A stretch of DNA of 39,628 bases from IMG/VR virus record IMGVR_UViG_2554235126_000004; one strand, 5' to 3'. Positions 25,309 through 35,236 of this stretch are shown one piece after another. A program made the position numbers and the translations under genes. The notes under the pieces are model-generated. The model saw only the letters and a list, made by a program, of their open reading frames with translations. It was not told the origin of the DNA and made no database searches. This DNA comes from a virus (taxonomy: Duplodnaviria > Heunggongvirae > Uroviricota > Caudoviricetes). Each line of letters starts with the position of its first letter. The stretch's first letter is position 1.

Positions 25309-27127
25309 GCTTAAGGCGTTGATCACCGGTGTCGACAGGCTTTCTCCCGCGCTGTCGAAAATGCAAAAGAAAATCCGGGGATTTAAACGCCAGGCGGAAG
25401 AAGCGTCACAGGGTGGGCTGGCGCTTGGTGGCGGACTGGCTGCGGGTCTGACGCTTTCCCTGAAATCTTATGCCGATCAGGAAAACGCCGCCACCGGGCT
25501 GAAAGTTGCCATGATGGATGCGAACGGTGAGGTCGGAAAGCGCTTTCAGGACATCAATAAACTGGCTATTGGTCTGGGTAACCAGCTACCCGGTACAACG
25601 GCTGATTTCCAGAACATGATGCAGATGCTGGTGCGTCAGGGGATCCCGGCAGAAAACATTCTTGGTGGTGTGGGTAAAGCGACAGCTTATCTTGCGGTAC
25701 AACTGAAAAAAACACCGGAAGCGGCTGCTGAGTTTGCTGCAAAGATGCAGGATGCTACCGGAACGGCGTCAGAAGACATGATGGGGCTGTTCGACACTAT
25801 CCAGAAGGCGTTTTATCTGGGCGTTGATGATACCAACATGTTGTCCTTCTTCACTAAAACCAGTTCTGTTCTGAAAATGGTGAATAAGGACGGTCTTCAG
25901 GCTGCACAGAGCCTTGCCCCTATCAGCGTCATGATGGATCAGATGGGGATGAACGGGGAGTCGGCAGGTAATGCCCTGCGAAAAGTTATCCAGTCCGGAT
26001 TAAGCGTTAAGAAAATCAGGGACGTCAATAAAGTCATGGCCCGCCAGAAACTCGGAGTGCAGCTCGATTTTACTGACGGCAAAGGGAGTTTTGGCGGTCT
26101 TGATAACATGTTTAAGCAACTGGCAAAGCTGCGAAAACTGACCGACGTTAAGCGAACAGGTGTACTTAAGGCAATATTTGGTGATGATGCCGAAACCCTT
26201 CAGGTGGTCAATGCTCTGATCGATAAAGGAAAGGATGGTTACGATCAGATCCAGCAGAAGATGAATAAACAGGCTAGCCTGAATAAACGTGTTCAGGCCC
26301 AGCTTGGTACGCTGTCCAACCTGTGGGAGGCAATGACGGGGACCGCAACTAACGGCCTTGCGGCTATTGGCGGCGCATTTTCTGGTGACGCCAAAAATAT
26401 CACGCAATGGCTGGGGGAGTTAGGGGAAAAATTCACGAAGTTTGCGGATGAAAATCCCCGGGTTATTCGCAGCGTCGTCGGGCTTGCTGCCGGTCTTGCG
26501 ATTCTGAAACTGGGATTGATGGGCGTGGGCAGTGCCATCAGTATTGTCAGCAGGATTATGTCGATGACGCCGATTGGCATGATTGCGACGGCGATTGCTC
26601 TGGCTGCGGGATTAATTATCACTAACTGGGATGTTGTCGGACCTTATTTTAAGAAGCTCTGGGAAACCATTGGTCCTTATTTTGAGGCTGGCTGGGAACT
26701 TCTGAAGAAAGTTTTTGCCTGGTCGCCGCTGGGAATGGTGATCAATAACTGGGGACCGGTTGTTAAGTGGTTTCAGGATATGTGGGACAAGCTGAAGCCA
26801 ATTATTGAGTGGTTTACCGACAGTTCCGGTGACACGGTCGATGCCATTAACTCGGCGCAGTGGGGCGCGGGTGCTTATGATGCTTATGGGACGGGAATAC
26901 CGCCACGGGGATACACTCCTTATCCGGAGGTGGATCCGGCTCAGGCAAACAACGCCTCCGGTGCCACAGGCCCGAATCCCTTCATGATTAATAAAGCTAC
27001 CGCGCCAAAAGTTGATGGTGAGATCAAGGTATCATTTATAAATATGCCATCAGGTATGCGGGTTACGGAAACACGCTCCAGTGGCATTGATATAAATCAC
27101 GATGTTGGCTATACCCGATTTTGGTAG
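25295..27127 (+). CDS. tail tape measure protein
   Basis: 610 aa, Ala/Gly-rich helical repeats plus C-terminal hydrophobic region. Confidence 0.9.
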   Translation: MAEFELKALITGVDRLSPALSKMQKKIRGFKRQAEEASQGGLALGGGLAAGLTLSLKSYADQENAATGLKVAMMDANGEVGKRFQDINKLAIGLGNQLPGTTADFQNMMQMLVRQGIPAENILGGVGKATAYLAVQLKKTPEAAAEFAAKMQDATGTASEDMMGLFDTIQKAFYLGVDDTNMLSFFTKTSSVLKMVNKDGLQAAQSLAPISVMMDQMGMNGESAGNALRKVIQSGLSVKKIRDVNKVMARQKLGVQLDFTDGKGSFGGLDNMFKQLAKLRKLTDVKRTGVLKAIFGDDAETLQVVNALIDKGKDGYDQIQQKMNKQASLNKRVQAQLGTLSNLWEAMTGTATNGLAAIGGAFSGDAKNITQWLGELGEKFTKFADENPRVIRSVVGLAAGLAILKLGLMGVGSAISIVSRIMSMTPIGMIATAIALAAGLIITNWDVVGPYFKKLWETIGPYFEAGWELLKKVFAWSPLGMVINNWGPVVKWFQDMWDKLKPIIEWFTDSSGDTVDAINSAQWGAGAYDAYGTGIPPRGYTPYPEVDPAQANNASGATGPNPFMINKATAPKVDGEIKVSFINMPSGMRVTETRSSGIDINHDVGYTRFW

Positions 27128-27155
27128 CCAGGATTCCCCTCACAGGTATTGCTGG

Positions 27156-27183
27156 TTGTAAGTCATAAATAGAGTGATAGAAT
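27156..27183 (+). promoter_or_regulatory. candidate sigma70 promoter of the moron gene (TTGTAA-N16-TAGAAT)
   Basis: -35 at 27156-27161, -10 at 27178-27183, about 35 bp upstream of ATG 27219. Confidence 0.35.
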
Positions 27184-27218
27184 TAATGCACATTTAGAAA
27201 AATGTTAATAGGCGAAAA

Positions 27219-27749
27219 ATGAAAGGCTATATCACAGCAAGTGTAATTCTTGGAGCAGCGGCTATTTTTTCATCTCTCATAATCTCTGGCAACATCTCCT
27301 TTAAAGATGAACATATTATTCAGTTATCTGGAGGAGCCATAAAACTTGGTGATGTTTATAAAGAAAATAAATTGATAAGTGCAAAGATTATTTTTCCAGA
27401 TAATCAGGGTGAACAGATTCTTGTTGTCGACGGCAATCCTGAAAACTTTAAGGAGGATTTTCAGGAGAAATTAAATAAAGTAATAAAAACTTTAAATGCG
27501 TCAAAGAAAAAAGATGAAGAGAAAGTTAGCCTGGATAATTTAAGTGTTGTTGAAGAGTCTAAACTAGAGCTCATTTCTGCGGTGCGTTACTCTGCTCAGT
27601 ATGTTCCTATGTTTACTCTGACGCTGGACAAAAAAGAAATTACCATGCCTAAAAATACGGTAATATTTCCATTTGCCAGCGATGAAACAGCTAAGTATTT
27701 AAATGAACAACAGCAAAAGTATAAAGATTCGTTGTTTCTGACTCGCTAA
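27219..27749 (+). CDS. moron: signal-anchored / secreted hypothetical protein
   Basis: 176 aa, N-terminal hydrophobic segment ITASVILGAAAIFSSLIISG, Lys/Glu-rich; markedly AT-rich; own promoter-like sequence and strong terminator. Confidence 0.6.
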   Translation: MKGYITASVILGAAAIFSSLIISGNISFKDEHIIQLSGGAIKLGDVYKENKLISAKIIFPDNQGEQILVVDGNPENFKEDFQEKLNKVIKTLNASKKKDEEKVSLDNLSVVEESKLELISAVRYSAQYVPMFTLTLDKKEITMPKNTVIFPFASDETAKYLNEQQQKYKDSLFLTR

Positions 27750-27767
27750 TTAATAAAATTCATTACA

Positions 27768-27798
27768 AGGCCACCTTCTAATAGGTGGCTTTTTTTTC
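27768..27798 (+). terminator. rho-independent terminator of moron gene
   Basis: Stem GCCACCT/AGGTGGC with 6-nt loop followed by T8. Confidence 0.7.
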
Positions 27799-27807
27799 GG
27801 AGTGTAT

Positions 27808-29136
27808 ATGACGTGGAAAGACAGGCTTCAGGATGCGTCATTTCGAGGTGTGCCGTTTAAGGTTGAAGAAGAAAGTGCGGGAACCGGCCGTCGTGTGGAA
27901 ACACACGAATATCCGAACCGCGACAAACCCTATACCGAAGATCTGGGAAAAGTCACTTTCCGCCCGTCCATCACAGCTTATGTGGTGGGAGATGACTGCT
28001 TTGACCAGCGCGATCGCCTGATTGAAGCGCTGAATAAACCCGGTCCCGGCACGCTTGTCCACCCGACATATGGTGAGCTGAAAGTCTGTGTTGACGGGGA
28101 AGTTCGGGTCAGCACATCGAAAAGTGAAGGGCGTATTGTCCGCTTTGACCTGAAGTTTGTCGAAGCGGGAGAACTCTCTTACCCCACATCAGGTGCGGCG
28201 ACGGCGCAGACGCTGATGTCATCCTGTTCTGCACTGGATGACTGCATCAGTGACAGTTTCAGTGGTTTCAGTATCGATGGCGTGGCAGATTTTGTGCAGA
28301 ACGACGTCGTCGGTAATGCCGGCACAATGCTTGGGTATATTTCTGATGCGATGAAAGTGGTGGATTCTGCCGTATCGGATGCCGCCAGGCTGTTGCAGGG
28401 GGATATCTCGGTACTTCTGCCGCCGCCATCGTCAGGCAAAAATTTCGTTGAGCAGGTGCAGAAAATGTGGCGTACCGGGAAACGCCTTTATGGTAACGCC
28501 AGCGACCTGGTCACCATGATCAAAACGCTTTCCGGTGTCAGCCTCGGCAGCGATCTGCAACCGCGCGGCGTCTGGAAAACGGACAGTAAAACCACCGCCA
28601 CGGCGACGCAGCAGCGTAACGTGGTTGCCAGCACCCTTCGTACGACCGCAATCAGCGAAGCGGCGTATGCCGTCACCCGATTGCCTGCGCCAACAACTTC
28701 CGCGGTGATGCAGAATGCCGCAGTGGGGCAGGCAACAACAGCTGCGCAGAGCACCGGCTGGCCTTCCGTCACGCATCCGGCACTGAACAATGCACCGGCG
28801 GTGAAAAACACGGTTGATCTGCCGACGTGGGAAGAACTGACTGACATTCGCGACACACTGAATACGGCAATTGATAAGGAGTTGTCCCGTACAACCAGTG
28901 ATGCGCTGTTTCTGGCGCTGCGCCGGGTGAAAGCAGATCTGAATGCGGATATCAACACGCGCCTTGAACAGTCTGCACGGATCATTCAGCGCACGCCGGA
29001 TGAGGTTTTACCCGCGCTGGTGCTGGCGGCGACCTGGTTTGATAACGCGGCGCGTGACGCGGACATTATCCGGCGTAATGCCATTACGCATCCCGGCTTT
29101 GTGCCGGTGATCCCTCTGAAGGTGCCAGTACAATGA
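27808..29136 (+). CDS. DNA circulation protein (Mu gpN-like)
   Basis: Start placed at ATG 27808 with GGAG RBS; N-terminus resembles Mu N family. Confidence 0.8.
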   Translation: MTWKDRLQDASFRGVPFKVEEESAGTGRRVETHEYPNRDKPYTEDLGKVTFRPSITAYVVGDDCFDQRDRLIEALNKPGPGTLVHPTYGELKVCVDGEVRVSTSKSEGRIVRFDLKFVEAGELSYPTSGAATAQTLMSSCSALDDCISDSFSGFSIDGVADFVQNDVVGNAGTMLGYISDAMKVVDSAVSDAARLLQGDISVLLPPPSSGKNFVEQVQKMWRTGKRLYGNASDLVTMIKTLSGVSLGSDLQPRGVWKTDSKTTATATQQRNVVASTLRTTAISEAAYAVTRLPAPTTSAVMQNAAVGQATTAAQSTGWPSVTHPALNNAPAVKNTVDLPTWEELTDIRDTLNTAIDKELSRTTSDALFLALRRVKADLNADINTRLEQSARIIQRTPDEVLPALVLAATWFDNAARDADIIRRNAITHPGFVPVIPLKVPVQ

Positions 29137-30212
29137 ACGATAACGTCACGCTACGGGTAAATGGCCGGGAGTGGAATGGCTGGACATCGGTGCGCATCGG
29201 TGCCGGTGTTGAACGACTGGCGCGGGATTTCAGTGTGGAGATCACCCGCCAGTGGCCGGGAGATGAGGGTATCACCACGCTTCAGCCGCGCATTAAAAAC
29301 GGTTCAAAAGTGGAGGTGCTGATTGGTGATGAGCTGGTGATCACCGGCTGGGTGGAGGCGACGCCCGTTCGTTACGATGCCCGTTCGGTCAGCACCGGTA
29401 TTGCCGGACGCAGTCTGACCGCTGACCTGATTGACTGTGCAGCCGAACCGACACAGTTTAACGGACGATCGCTGGTACAGATTGCGCAGGCGCTTGCTGC
29501 GCCTTTCGGCATTGAGGTGGTGAACAGCGGTGCGCCGTCGGGTGTTATTCCTGATGTCCAGCCTGATCACGGTGAAACGGTGATTGAGGTAATCAACAAA
29601 ATACTCGGTCAGCAGCAGGCGCTGGCTTATGACGACCCGCACGGCAGGCTGGTGATTGGCGGTATTGGCTCAACGCGGGCACATACCGCGCTGGTACTTG
29701 GGGAAAACATCCTTTCCTGTGATACGGAGAAGAGTATCCGGGAGCGGTTTTCAGTTTACCAGGTGGCGGGGCAGCGTGCCGGAAACGACGATGATTTCGG
29801 TGAGGCCACCACCACCGCGCTGCGGGCCCGCACAGAGGACGCATTTATTGCCCGTTACCGTCCGATGTATATCAGGCAGACAGGGCAGGCCACGGGGGCA
29901 GGCTGTATTGCCCGTGCTGACTTTGAAGCCCGGCAACGGGCGGCGCGGACGGATGAAACCACCTATGTGGTGCAGGGCTGGCGACAGGGTAACGGTACGC
30001 TGTGGCAGCCCAACCAGCGGGTGATTGTCTTCGATCCGGTCTGTGGTTTCGACAATACCGAACTGCTTGTCTCGGAAGTCACGTTTACTCAGGACCAGAA
30101 TGGCACCCTGACGGAAATCCGTGTCGGCCCACCTGATGCTTATCTGCCTGAACCCGAAGCCCCCGGCGCGCGGAAAAAGAAAAAAGCCAGAGTACAGGAG
30201 GACCCGTTCTGA
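29133..30212 (+). CDS. baseplate hub / tail protein (Mu gpP-like)
   Basis: 359 aa, position and pattern. Confidence 0.75.
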   Translation: MNDNVTLRVNGREWNGWTSVRIGAGVERLARDFSVEITRQWPGDEGITTLQPRIKNGSKVEVLIGDELVITGWVEATPVRYDARSVSTGIAGRSLTADLIDCAAEPTQFNGRSLVQIAQALAAPFGIEVVNSGAPSGVIPDVQPDHGETVIEVINKILGQQQALAYDDPHGRLVIGGIGSTRAHTALVLGENILSCDTEKSIRERFSVYQVAGQRAGNDDDFGEATTTALRARTEDAFIARYRPMYIRQTGQATGAGCIARADFEARQRAARTDETTYVVQGWRQGNGTLWQPNQRVIVFDPVCGFDNTELLVSEVTFTQDQNGTLTEIRVGPPDAYLPEPEAPGARKKKKARVQEDPF

Positions 30213-30760
30213 TGAAGGCGATTGAAACCATACAGCGACAACTCCTCGGCCTGATTGGGCGGGCGGTGGTGAAAAGCATCAGTGCCGCCACGAAATGTCA
30301 GACCGTGGATGTGTCCCTGATTGCCGGTGAACCCAAAGCCGGGGTTGAACATCTTGAACCCTACGGTTTTACCGCAAGGGCAAACAGCGGTGCGGAAGCG
30401 GTGGTGTTGTTTCCGGATGGCGACCGTTCTCATGCGGTGGTTGTTACGGTGTCGGACCGGCGCTACCGCCTGAAAGGGCTGCAGACGGGTGAGGTGGCTG
30501 TCTATGACGATCAGGGGCAGTCCGTGACGCTGACCCGGGAGGGGATCGTGGTGGACGGTGCAGGTAAAACGATCACGTTTCGCAATTCACCTAAAGCACG
30601 TTTTGAAATGGACCTTGAAGTGACCGGACAGGTGAAAGACCTGTGCGACTCCGGCGGCACCACCATGTCAGCGATGCGGCTTGCCTATAACGGGCATCGT
30701 CACAGAGAGAACGGTCAGGGCAGTAACACCGACAAACCTGATAAAGCGATGGAGGCATGA
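30212..30760 (+). CDS. baseplate spike / assembly protein V (Mu gp45-like)
   Basis: 182 aa, OB-fold-type N-terminus pattern. Confidence 0.75.
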   Translation: MKAIETIQRQLLGLIGRAVVKSISAATKCQTVDVSLIAGEPKAGVEHLEPYGFTARANSGAEAVVLFPDGDRSHAVVVTVSDRRYRLKGLQTGEVAVYDDQGQSVTLTREGIVVDGAGKTITFRNSPKARFEMDLEVTGQVKDLCDSGGTTMSAMRLAYNGHRHRENGQGSNTDKPDKAMEA

Positions 30761-31185
30761 TGGAACTGTGGCTGACGGTGAACGGTAAACGCACCTGCGC
30801 CAGCGCACCGCTGGATCCGCTGACCCGCGCCGTGGTGATTTCCCTGTTTACCTGGCGGCGGGCGGAGCCTGATGACAATGCCGACGTCCCGATGGGATGG
30901 TGGGGGGATACCTGGCCTGCGGTACAGAATGACCGTTACGGCTCCCGACTGTGGCTGCTTCAGCGCAGCAAACTGACCAATCAGCTGGTGCAGACGGTAA
31001 GGGGGTATATCCGCGAATGCCTGCAATGGATGATTGATGACGGCGTGGTGTCCCGTATTGATCTGGATATCCGCCGCACCGGGATTAATGAACTGGGTAA
31101 CAGTATCACTCTCTGGCGTCGTGACGGACCGGTAATGATTTCTTTTGATGATCTGTGGAGTGCGATAACGCATGGCGGACAGTGA
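30757..31185 (+). CDS. baseplate protein, GP46 family
   Basis: 142 aa, conserved position. Confidence 0.75.
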   Translation: MMELWLTVNGKRTCASAPLDPLTRAVVISLFTWRRAEPDDNADVPMGWWGDTWPAVQNDRYGSRLWLLQRSKLTNQLVQTVRGYIRECLQWMIDDGVVSRIDLDIRRTGINELGNSITLWRRDGPVMISFDDLWSAITHGGQ

Positions 31186-32230
31186 ATTTCAGCGCCCGAC
31201 GCTGGCAGAAAATATCAGTATGCTCCGTAACGATTTATTCGCCAGGCTGGACGTCAGCGACACGCTCCGGCGCATGGATGAAGACGTGCGGGCAAAGGTG
31301 TATGCGGCGGCGCTGCATACGGTTTACGGGTACATCGATTATCTGGCAATGAACATGCTGCCTGACCTGTGCGATGAGTCCTGGCTGGCGCGACATGCTG
31401 CGATGAAACGGTGTCCGCGCAAGGGGGCCACGGCTGCCAGCGGGTATATGCGCTGGGAAGGTGTCAGCGATGGCCTGAAGGTGACCGCCGGAAGTGTTAT
31501 TCAGCGCGATGACCTGGTTCAGTACACGGCAACTGCCGATGCAACCAGCACCGGTGGTGTCCTGCGCGTGCCGATCGCCTGCTCAAGTGCAGGCGCGGTC
31601 GGTAACGCTGACGACGGTACGTCATTAATCCTGGTCACGCCGGTTAATGGTCTGCCGTCTTCCGGCGAGGCAGATACCCTGACAGGTGGATTTGATATTG
31701 AAGAGCTGGAAACGTGGCGCGCCCGCGTCATTGAGCGGTATTACTGGACGCCTCAGGGCGGGGCTGACGGGGACTATGTCGTCTGGGCTAAAGAAGTGCC
31801 CGGCATTACCCGCGCATGGACATACCGACACTGGATGGGAACGGGGACTGTCGGTGTGATGATAGCCAGCAGTGACCTGATTAACCCCATTCCGGAAGAA
31901 TCAACGGAAACGGCGGCAAGACAACATATCGGGCCACTGGCCCCGGTGGCAGGCTCTGATTTGTATGTATTCAGGCCGGTGGCACATACGGTGGATTTTC
32001 ATATCCGCGTGACGCCGGACACACCAGAAATACGGGCTGCCATTACCGCGGAGTTGCGTTCGTTCCTGCTGCGTGATGGTTATCCGCAGGGAGAACTGAA
32101 GGTATCGCGTATCAGTGAGGCGATTTCCGGTGCGAACGGGGAATACAGCCATCAGTTGCTTGCACCGGTGGACAATATCTCCATTGCGAAAAACGAACTG
32201 GCGGTACTGGGGACGATTTCATGGACGTGA
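31172..32230 (+). CDS. baseplate J-like protein (Mu gp47-like)
   Basis: 352 aa. Confidence 0.8.
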   Translation: MADSEFQRPTLAENISMLRNDLFARLDVSDTLRRMDEDVRAKVYAAALHTVYGYIDYLAMNMLPDLCDESWLARHAAMKRCPRKGATAASGYMRWEGVSDGLKVTAGSVIQRDDLVQYTATADATSTGGVLRVPIACSSAGAVGNADDGTSLILVTPVNGLPSSGEADTLTGGFDIEELETWRARVIERYYWTPQGGADGDYVVWAKEVPGITRAWTYRHWMGTGTVGVMIASSDLINPIPEESTETAARQHIGPLAPVAGSDLYVFRPVAHTVDFHIRVTPDTPEIRAAITAELRSFLLRDGYPQGELKVSRISEAISGANGEYSHQLLAPVDNISIAKNELAVLGTISWT

Positions 32231-32805
32231 CAAACGATGATTACATCCGCCTGTTATCGGCACTGTTGCCGCCCGGTCCGGCGTGGTCAGCCAGCGATCC
32301 GGCGATTGCCGGTGCGGCACCTTCATTAACCCGTGTTCATCAGCGTGCGGATGCCCTGATGCGGGAGCTGGATCCGCGCACCACCACTGAACTGATAAAC
32401 CGCTGGGAGCGTCTGTGCGGTCTGCCGGATGAATGTATTCCGGCGGGAACGCAGACCCTTCGCCAGCGTCAGCAACGGCTGGATGCGAAGGTTAACCTGG
32501 TGGGCGGCATCAACGAGGATTTTTATCTTGCACAGCTTGCTGCCCTGGGCAGACCAGATGCCAACATCACGCGATACGACAAAAGCACGTTCACCTGCTC
32601 ATCGGCCTGTACTGACGCGGTGAATGCGCCGGAATGGCGGTATTACTGGCAGGTCAACATGCCAGCTGCCACCAACACCACTTGGATGACATGTGGCGAT
32701 CCCTGTGCTTCCGCACTGCGTATCTGGGGCGACACCGTTGTTGAGTGTGTGCTTAACAAACTCTGCCCGTCGCATACCTACGTAATTTTTAAATATCCGG
32801 AGTAA
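32221..32805 (+). CDS. tail protein YmfQ / Mu gp48-like (DUF2313)
   Basis: 194 aa; resembles e14 YmfQ as recalled. Confidence 0.75.
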   Translation: MDVTNDDYIRLLSALLPPGPAWSASDPAIAGAAPSLTRVHQRADALMRELDPRTTTELINRWERLCGLPDECIPAGTQTLRQRQQRLDAKVNLVGGINEDFYLAQLAALGRPDANITRYDKSTFTCSSACTDAVNAPEWRYYWQVNMPAATNTTWMTCGDPCASALRIWGDTVVECVLNKLCPSHTYVIFKYPE

Positions 32806-32808
32806 TCC

Positions 32809-33558
32809 ATGCATCGTATAGACACGAAAACCGCGCAGAAGGATAAGTTCGGCGCGGGTAAGAACGGTTTTACCCGTGGTAACCCCCAGACCGGCACACC
32901 TGCCACCGATCTGGATGATGACTACTTTGACATGTTGCAGGAGGAGCTTTGCAGCGTGGTGGAGGCATCCGGTGCCAGCCTGGAGAAGGGGCGGCACGAC
33001 CAGTTGCTTACCGCGCTTCGTGCGCTGCTGTTAAGCCGCAAGAATCCGTTTGGCGATATCAAATCGGATGGCACGGTGAAAACGGCTCTCGAAAACCTTG
33101 GTTTGGGAGAAGGTTCTGCATTACCTGTTGGGGTGCCTGTTCCGTGGCCTTCAGCCACTCCGCCAACAGGCTGGCTGAAATGCAACGGTGCGCCTTTTTC
33201 TGCCGAAGAGTATCCGGAACTGGCAAAAGTTTACCTGACAAATAAATTGCCTGATTTACGCGGTGAGTTTATTCGTGGCTGGGATGACAGAAGAGGAATA
33301 GATACTAGCCGTAGCTTGCTTTCATCACAGGGCGATGCCATTCGAAATATAATTGGTGCATTAGTGGATGTCAGGTTCAATACCTATCCTTCTGATTCTG
33401 GCGTTTTTACAACCAGCGTCATCGGAGATGCTTCATCGGATTCAATTAAAGGTGGTTATGCAAAGCGAGTAACATTCGATGCTTCCAGAGTTGTTCCAAC
33501 TGCAAACGAAAACCGACCTCGTAACATTGCCTTTAATTATATCGTGAGGGCTGCCTGA
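32809..33558 (+). CDS. tail fibre protein (constant N-terminal part plus currently expressed variable C-terminal part with tail-collar-like domain)
   Basis: 249 aa; crossover site at 33086-33111 lies inside the gene at codons ...ENLGLGEG; C-terminal region shows composition change. Confidence 0.8.
   Translation: MHRIDTKTAQKDKFGAGKNGFTRGNPQTGTPATDLDDDYFDMLQEELCSVVEASGASLEKGRHDQLLTALRALLLSRKNPFGDIKSDGTVKTALENLGLGEGSALPVGVPVPWPSATPPTGWLKCNGAPFSAEEYPELAKVYLTNKLPDLRGEFIRGWDDRRGIDTSRSLLSSQGDAIRNIIGALVDVRFNTYPSDSGVFTTSVIGDASSDSIKGGYAKRVTFDASRVVPTANENRPRNIAFNYIVRAA
33086..33111 (+). other. Gin/Pin/Hin-type inversion crossover site (left)
   Basis: CTCTCGAAAACCTTGGTTTGGGAGAA fits the recalled hix/gix pattern ...AAACC-NN-GGTTT...; inverted copy at 34931-34956 shares 14 identical bp. 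Confidence 0.65.
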
Positions 33559-34166
33559 TGAATAAAGTTGTCTTAAATAACGAACTCATTGCCATAAAAG
33601 CTGGAGACATAACCGTTTATAATTATAATGGTGAAACGCGGGAATATATTTCCACATCAACAGAATATCTTGCCATTGGTGTAGGCATTCCGGCATGTTC
33701 CTGTTTAGATGCTCCAGACTCATACAAAACTGGTTATGCAATTTGCCGTTCTGAAGATTTTAACTCATGGGTATATGTGCCAGACCATCGTGGTGAAATT
33801 GTCTATAGCACTGAAACAGGAGAATCAAAAGAAATCACAGCTCCGGGTGATTACCCTGATAATACAACCACTATCGCCCCGTTAACGCCATACGATAAAT
33901 GGGATGGTGAGAAATGGGTGACGGATACCGTGGCACAGCATAGCGCCGCAGTAGATGCAGCAGAAGCACAGCGCCAGTCGCTGATTGATACTGCAATGGC
34001 CTCCATCAGTCTGATTCAACTGAAATTACAGGCCGGACGGAATCTGACGCAGTCAGAAACCAGCCGACTTAACACGGTGCTGGATTACATTGACGCGGTA
34101 ACGGCAACAGATACCAGCACCGCGCCGGATGTCATCTGGCCTGAACTGCCGGAGACTGCGCAATAA
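33558..34166 (+). CDS. tail fibre assembly protein (Tfa)
   Basis: 202 aa; C-terminal region ...LDYIDAVTATDTSTAPDVIWPELP matches conserved Tfa C-terminus. Confidence 0.85.
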   Translation: MNKVVLNNELIAIKAGDITVYNYNGETREYISTSTEYLAIGVGIPACSCLDAPDSYKTGYAICRSEDFNSWVYVPDHRGEIVYSTETGESKEITAPGDYPDNTTTIAPLTPYDKWDGEKWVTDTVAQHSAAVDAAEAQRQSLIDTAMASISLIQLKLQAGRNLTQSETSRLNTVLDYIDAVTATDTSTAPDVIWPELPETAQ

Positions 34167-34335
34167 ACTCACCATCAATATATAAATCCCCCTGCTGTGT
34201 GTCAGCAGGGCATTCTTTCCATATTAATGATGGATGGAATCTTCCTTCAGGATTAATTTCCGTTATCTCTTCTACTTTATTTTCTTCAATTCTTGCCCAC
34301 ATATGAACCTCACCAGTAAATATAAACTGCGCCAT
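34132..34335 (-). CDS. short alternative tail fibre assembly-like ORF (Tfa', expressed only after inversion; possibly truncated)
   Basis: 67-aa ORF starting at ATG 34335, directly after S'v stop, inside invertible segment; ORF track entry 34132..34560 is an upstream extension. Confidence 0.35.
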   Translation of the reverse strand: MAQFIFTGEVHMWARIEENKVEEITEINPEGRFHPSLIWKECPADTQQGDLYIDGEFIAQSPAVQAR

Positions 34336-34984
34336 CTGCTCCGGCACCCGACTGACCCGTTGATGAATTAGGACATAATCCAGCACCGCCACCTCCAGGC
34401 CCAACTGCTGATACCGCTTTTCCGTTAGCTGTATCTCTGAATGAACCTGCTCCTCCGGGGCCACCACCAGAACCACCATTACCAGCTCCCGATGCGGCAG
34501 ACGCAATGGAACCTGGAGAACCTGGCCCAAGCGATGTATTAATTGTTCCCCCAACACCAACTGCGCCTAACCCTCCGGAAGGCTGGCCTCCGCTATAGCC
34601 TCCGGAAGCTGACATGTAAGTCCCGAAACTGCTCGAGCCACCATTTTTACCGTTTACAGAAATACCAGACACAGGCGCACCACCGGCACCAACCGTAATC
34701 GAAACACTGTTAATACCAGTTAAATCTACCAGTCCCTCAGCAACTCCGCCCCCACCACCTCCTCCGCCACATGTAACGGCTGAAGCGGTTATTGAACCTA
34801 TCCCTCCTGACGCACCGCCACCAATAACTTTGACGTAACATTTTCTTCCTTTGCGCAACTCTTCAGGAACAGTCCAGCTTGTTACTCCAGCCGTTGTGAA
34901 GGCAACTAGATTTCTGAACCCAAATGAGCCTTCTCCCAAACCAACGTTTATGAAAATGCAGAAATAACGAGCAAATGGCATCAT
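34310..34984 (-). CDS. alternative tail fibre variable C-terminal segment (S'v, Gly-rich); silent in current orientation
   Basis: Gly-rich ORF on minus strand whose 5' end runs through crossover site (codons GLGEG identical to constant part); no own start expected. Confidence 0.6.
   Translation of the reverse strand: MMPFARYFCIFINVGLGEGSFGFRNLVAFTTAGVTSWTVPEELRKGRKCYVKVIGGGASGGIGSITASAVTCGGGGGGGGVAEGLVDLTGINSVSITVGAGGAPVSGISVNGKNGGSSSFGTYMSASGGYSGGQPSGGLGAVGVGGTINTSLGPGSPGSIASAASGAGNGGSGGGPGGAGSFRDTANGKAVSAVGPGGGGAGLCPNSSTGQSGAGADGAVYIYW
34931..34956 (-). other. Gin/Pin/Hin-type inversion crossover site (right)
   Basis: TTCTCCCAAACCAACGTTTATGAAAA; inverted orientation relative to 33086-33111. 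Confidence 0.65.
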
Positions 34985-35011
34985 TCCTGCTTTTACTTGG
35001 GGGGATTTAAC

Positions 35012-35203
35012 ATGCTTATTAGCTATGTACGCGTATCAATAAATGACCAGAACACAGATCTACAACGTAATGCGTTGAACTGTGCAGGATGCGAGCTGAT
35101 TTTTGAAGACAAGATAAGCGGTACAAAGTCCGAGAGCCTAGGGCTGACAGTGCTGTTCTTGATGCAAATTAAAGGATTTAATAGTGAGTTGCGGCCTTAC
35201 TAA
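35012..35203 (+). pseudogene. serine invertase (Pin/Gin family) 5' fragment, truncated after about 45 conserved codons
   Basis: MLISYVRVSINDQNTDLQRNALNCAGCELIFEDKISGTKSE matches invertase N-terminus including catalytic Ser region, then diverges and stops; full invertases are about 190 aa. Confidence 0.75.
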
Positions 35204-35214
35204 TGTAAGGCCGC
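35191..35214. other. perfect 10-bp palindromic hairpin at junction between invertase fragment and restriction-gene island
   Basis: GCGGCCTTAC-TAAT-GTAAGGCCGC; lies between the two convergent genes; no strong U-run on either strand. Confidence 0.3.
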
Positions 35215-35236
35215 TATAATCATTTTATTAATTGCA

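Larger units (their letters stand above)
33099..34943. other. invertible tail-fibre segment (about 1.85 kb) carrying alternative fibre C-termini and assembly genes
   Basis: Bounded by inverted 26-bp crossover sites; contains Sv+Tfa on plus strand and S'v+short Tfa' on minus strand. Confidence 0.65.

Noticed and set aside
28432-28985. Minus-strand ORFs inside the DNA-circulation gene
   Set aside because: Antisense artefacts of GC-rich coding sequence.
34997-35011. TTG-initiated N-terminal extension (MGGFN) of the invertase fragment in the ORF track
   Set aside because: Homology to Pin/Gin begins at the ATG at 35012, which has a G-rich RBS 8 nt upstream; the extension is an artefact of ORF calling.
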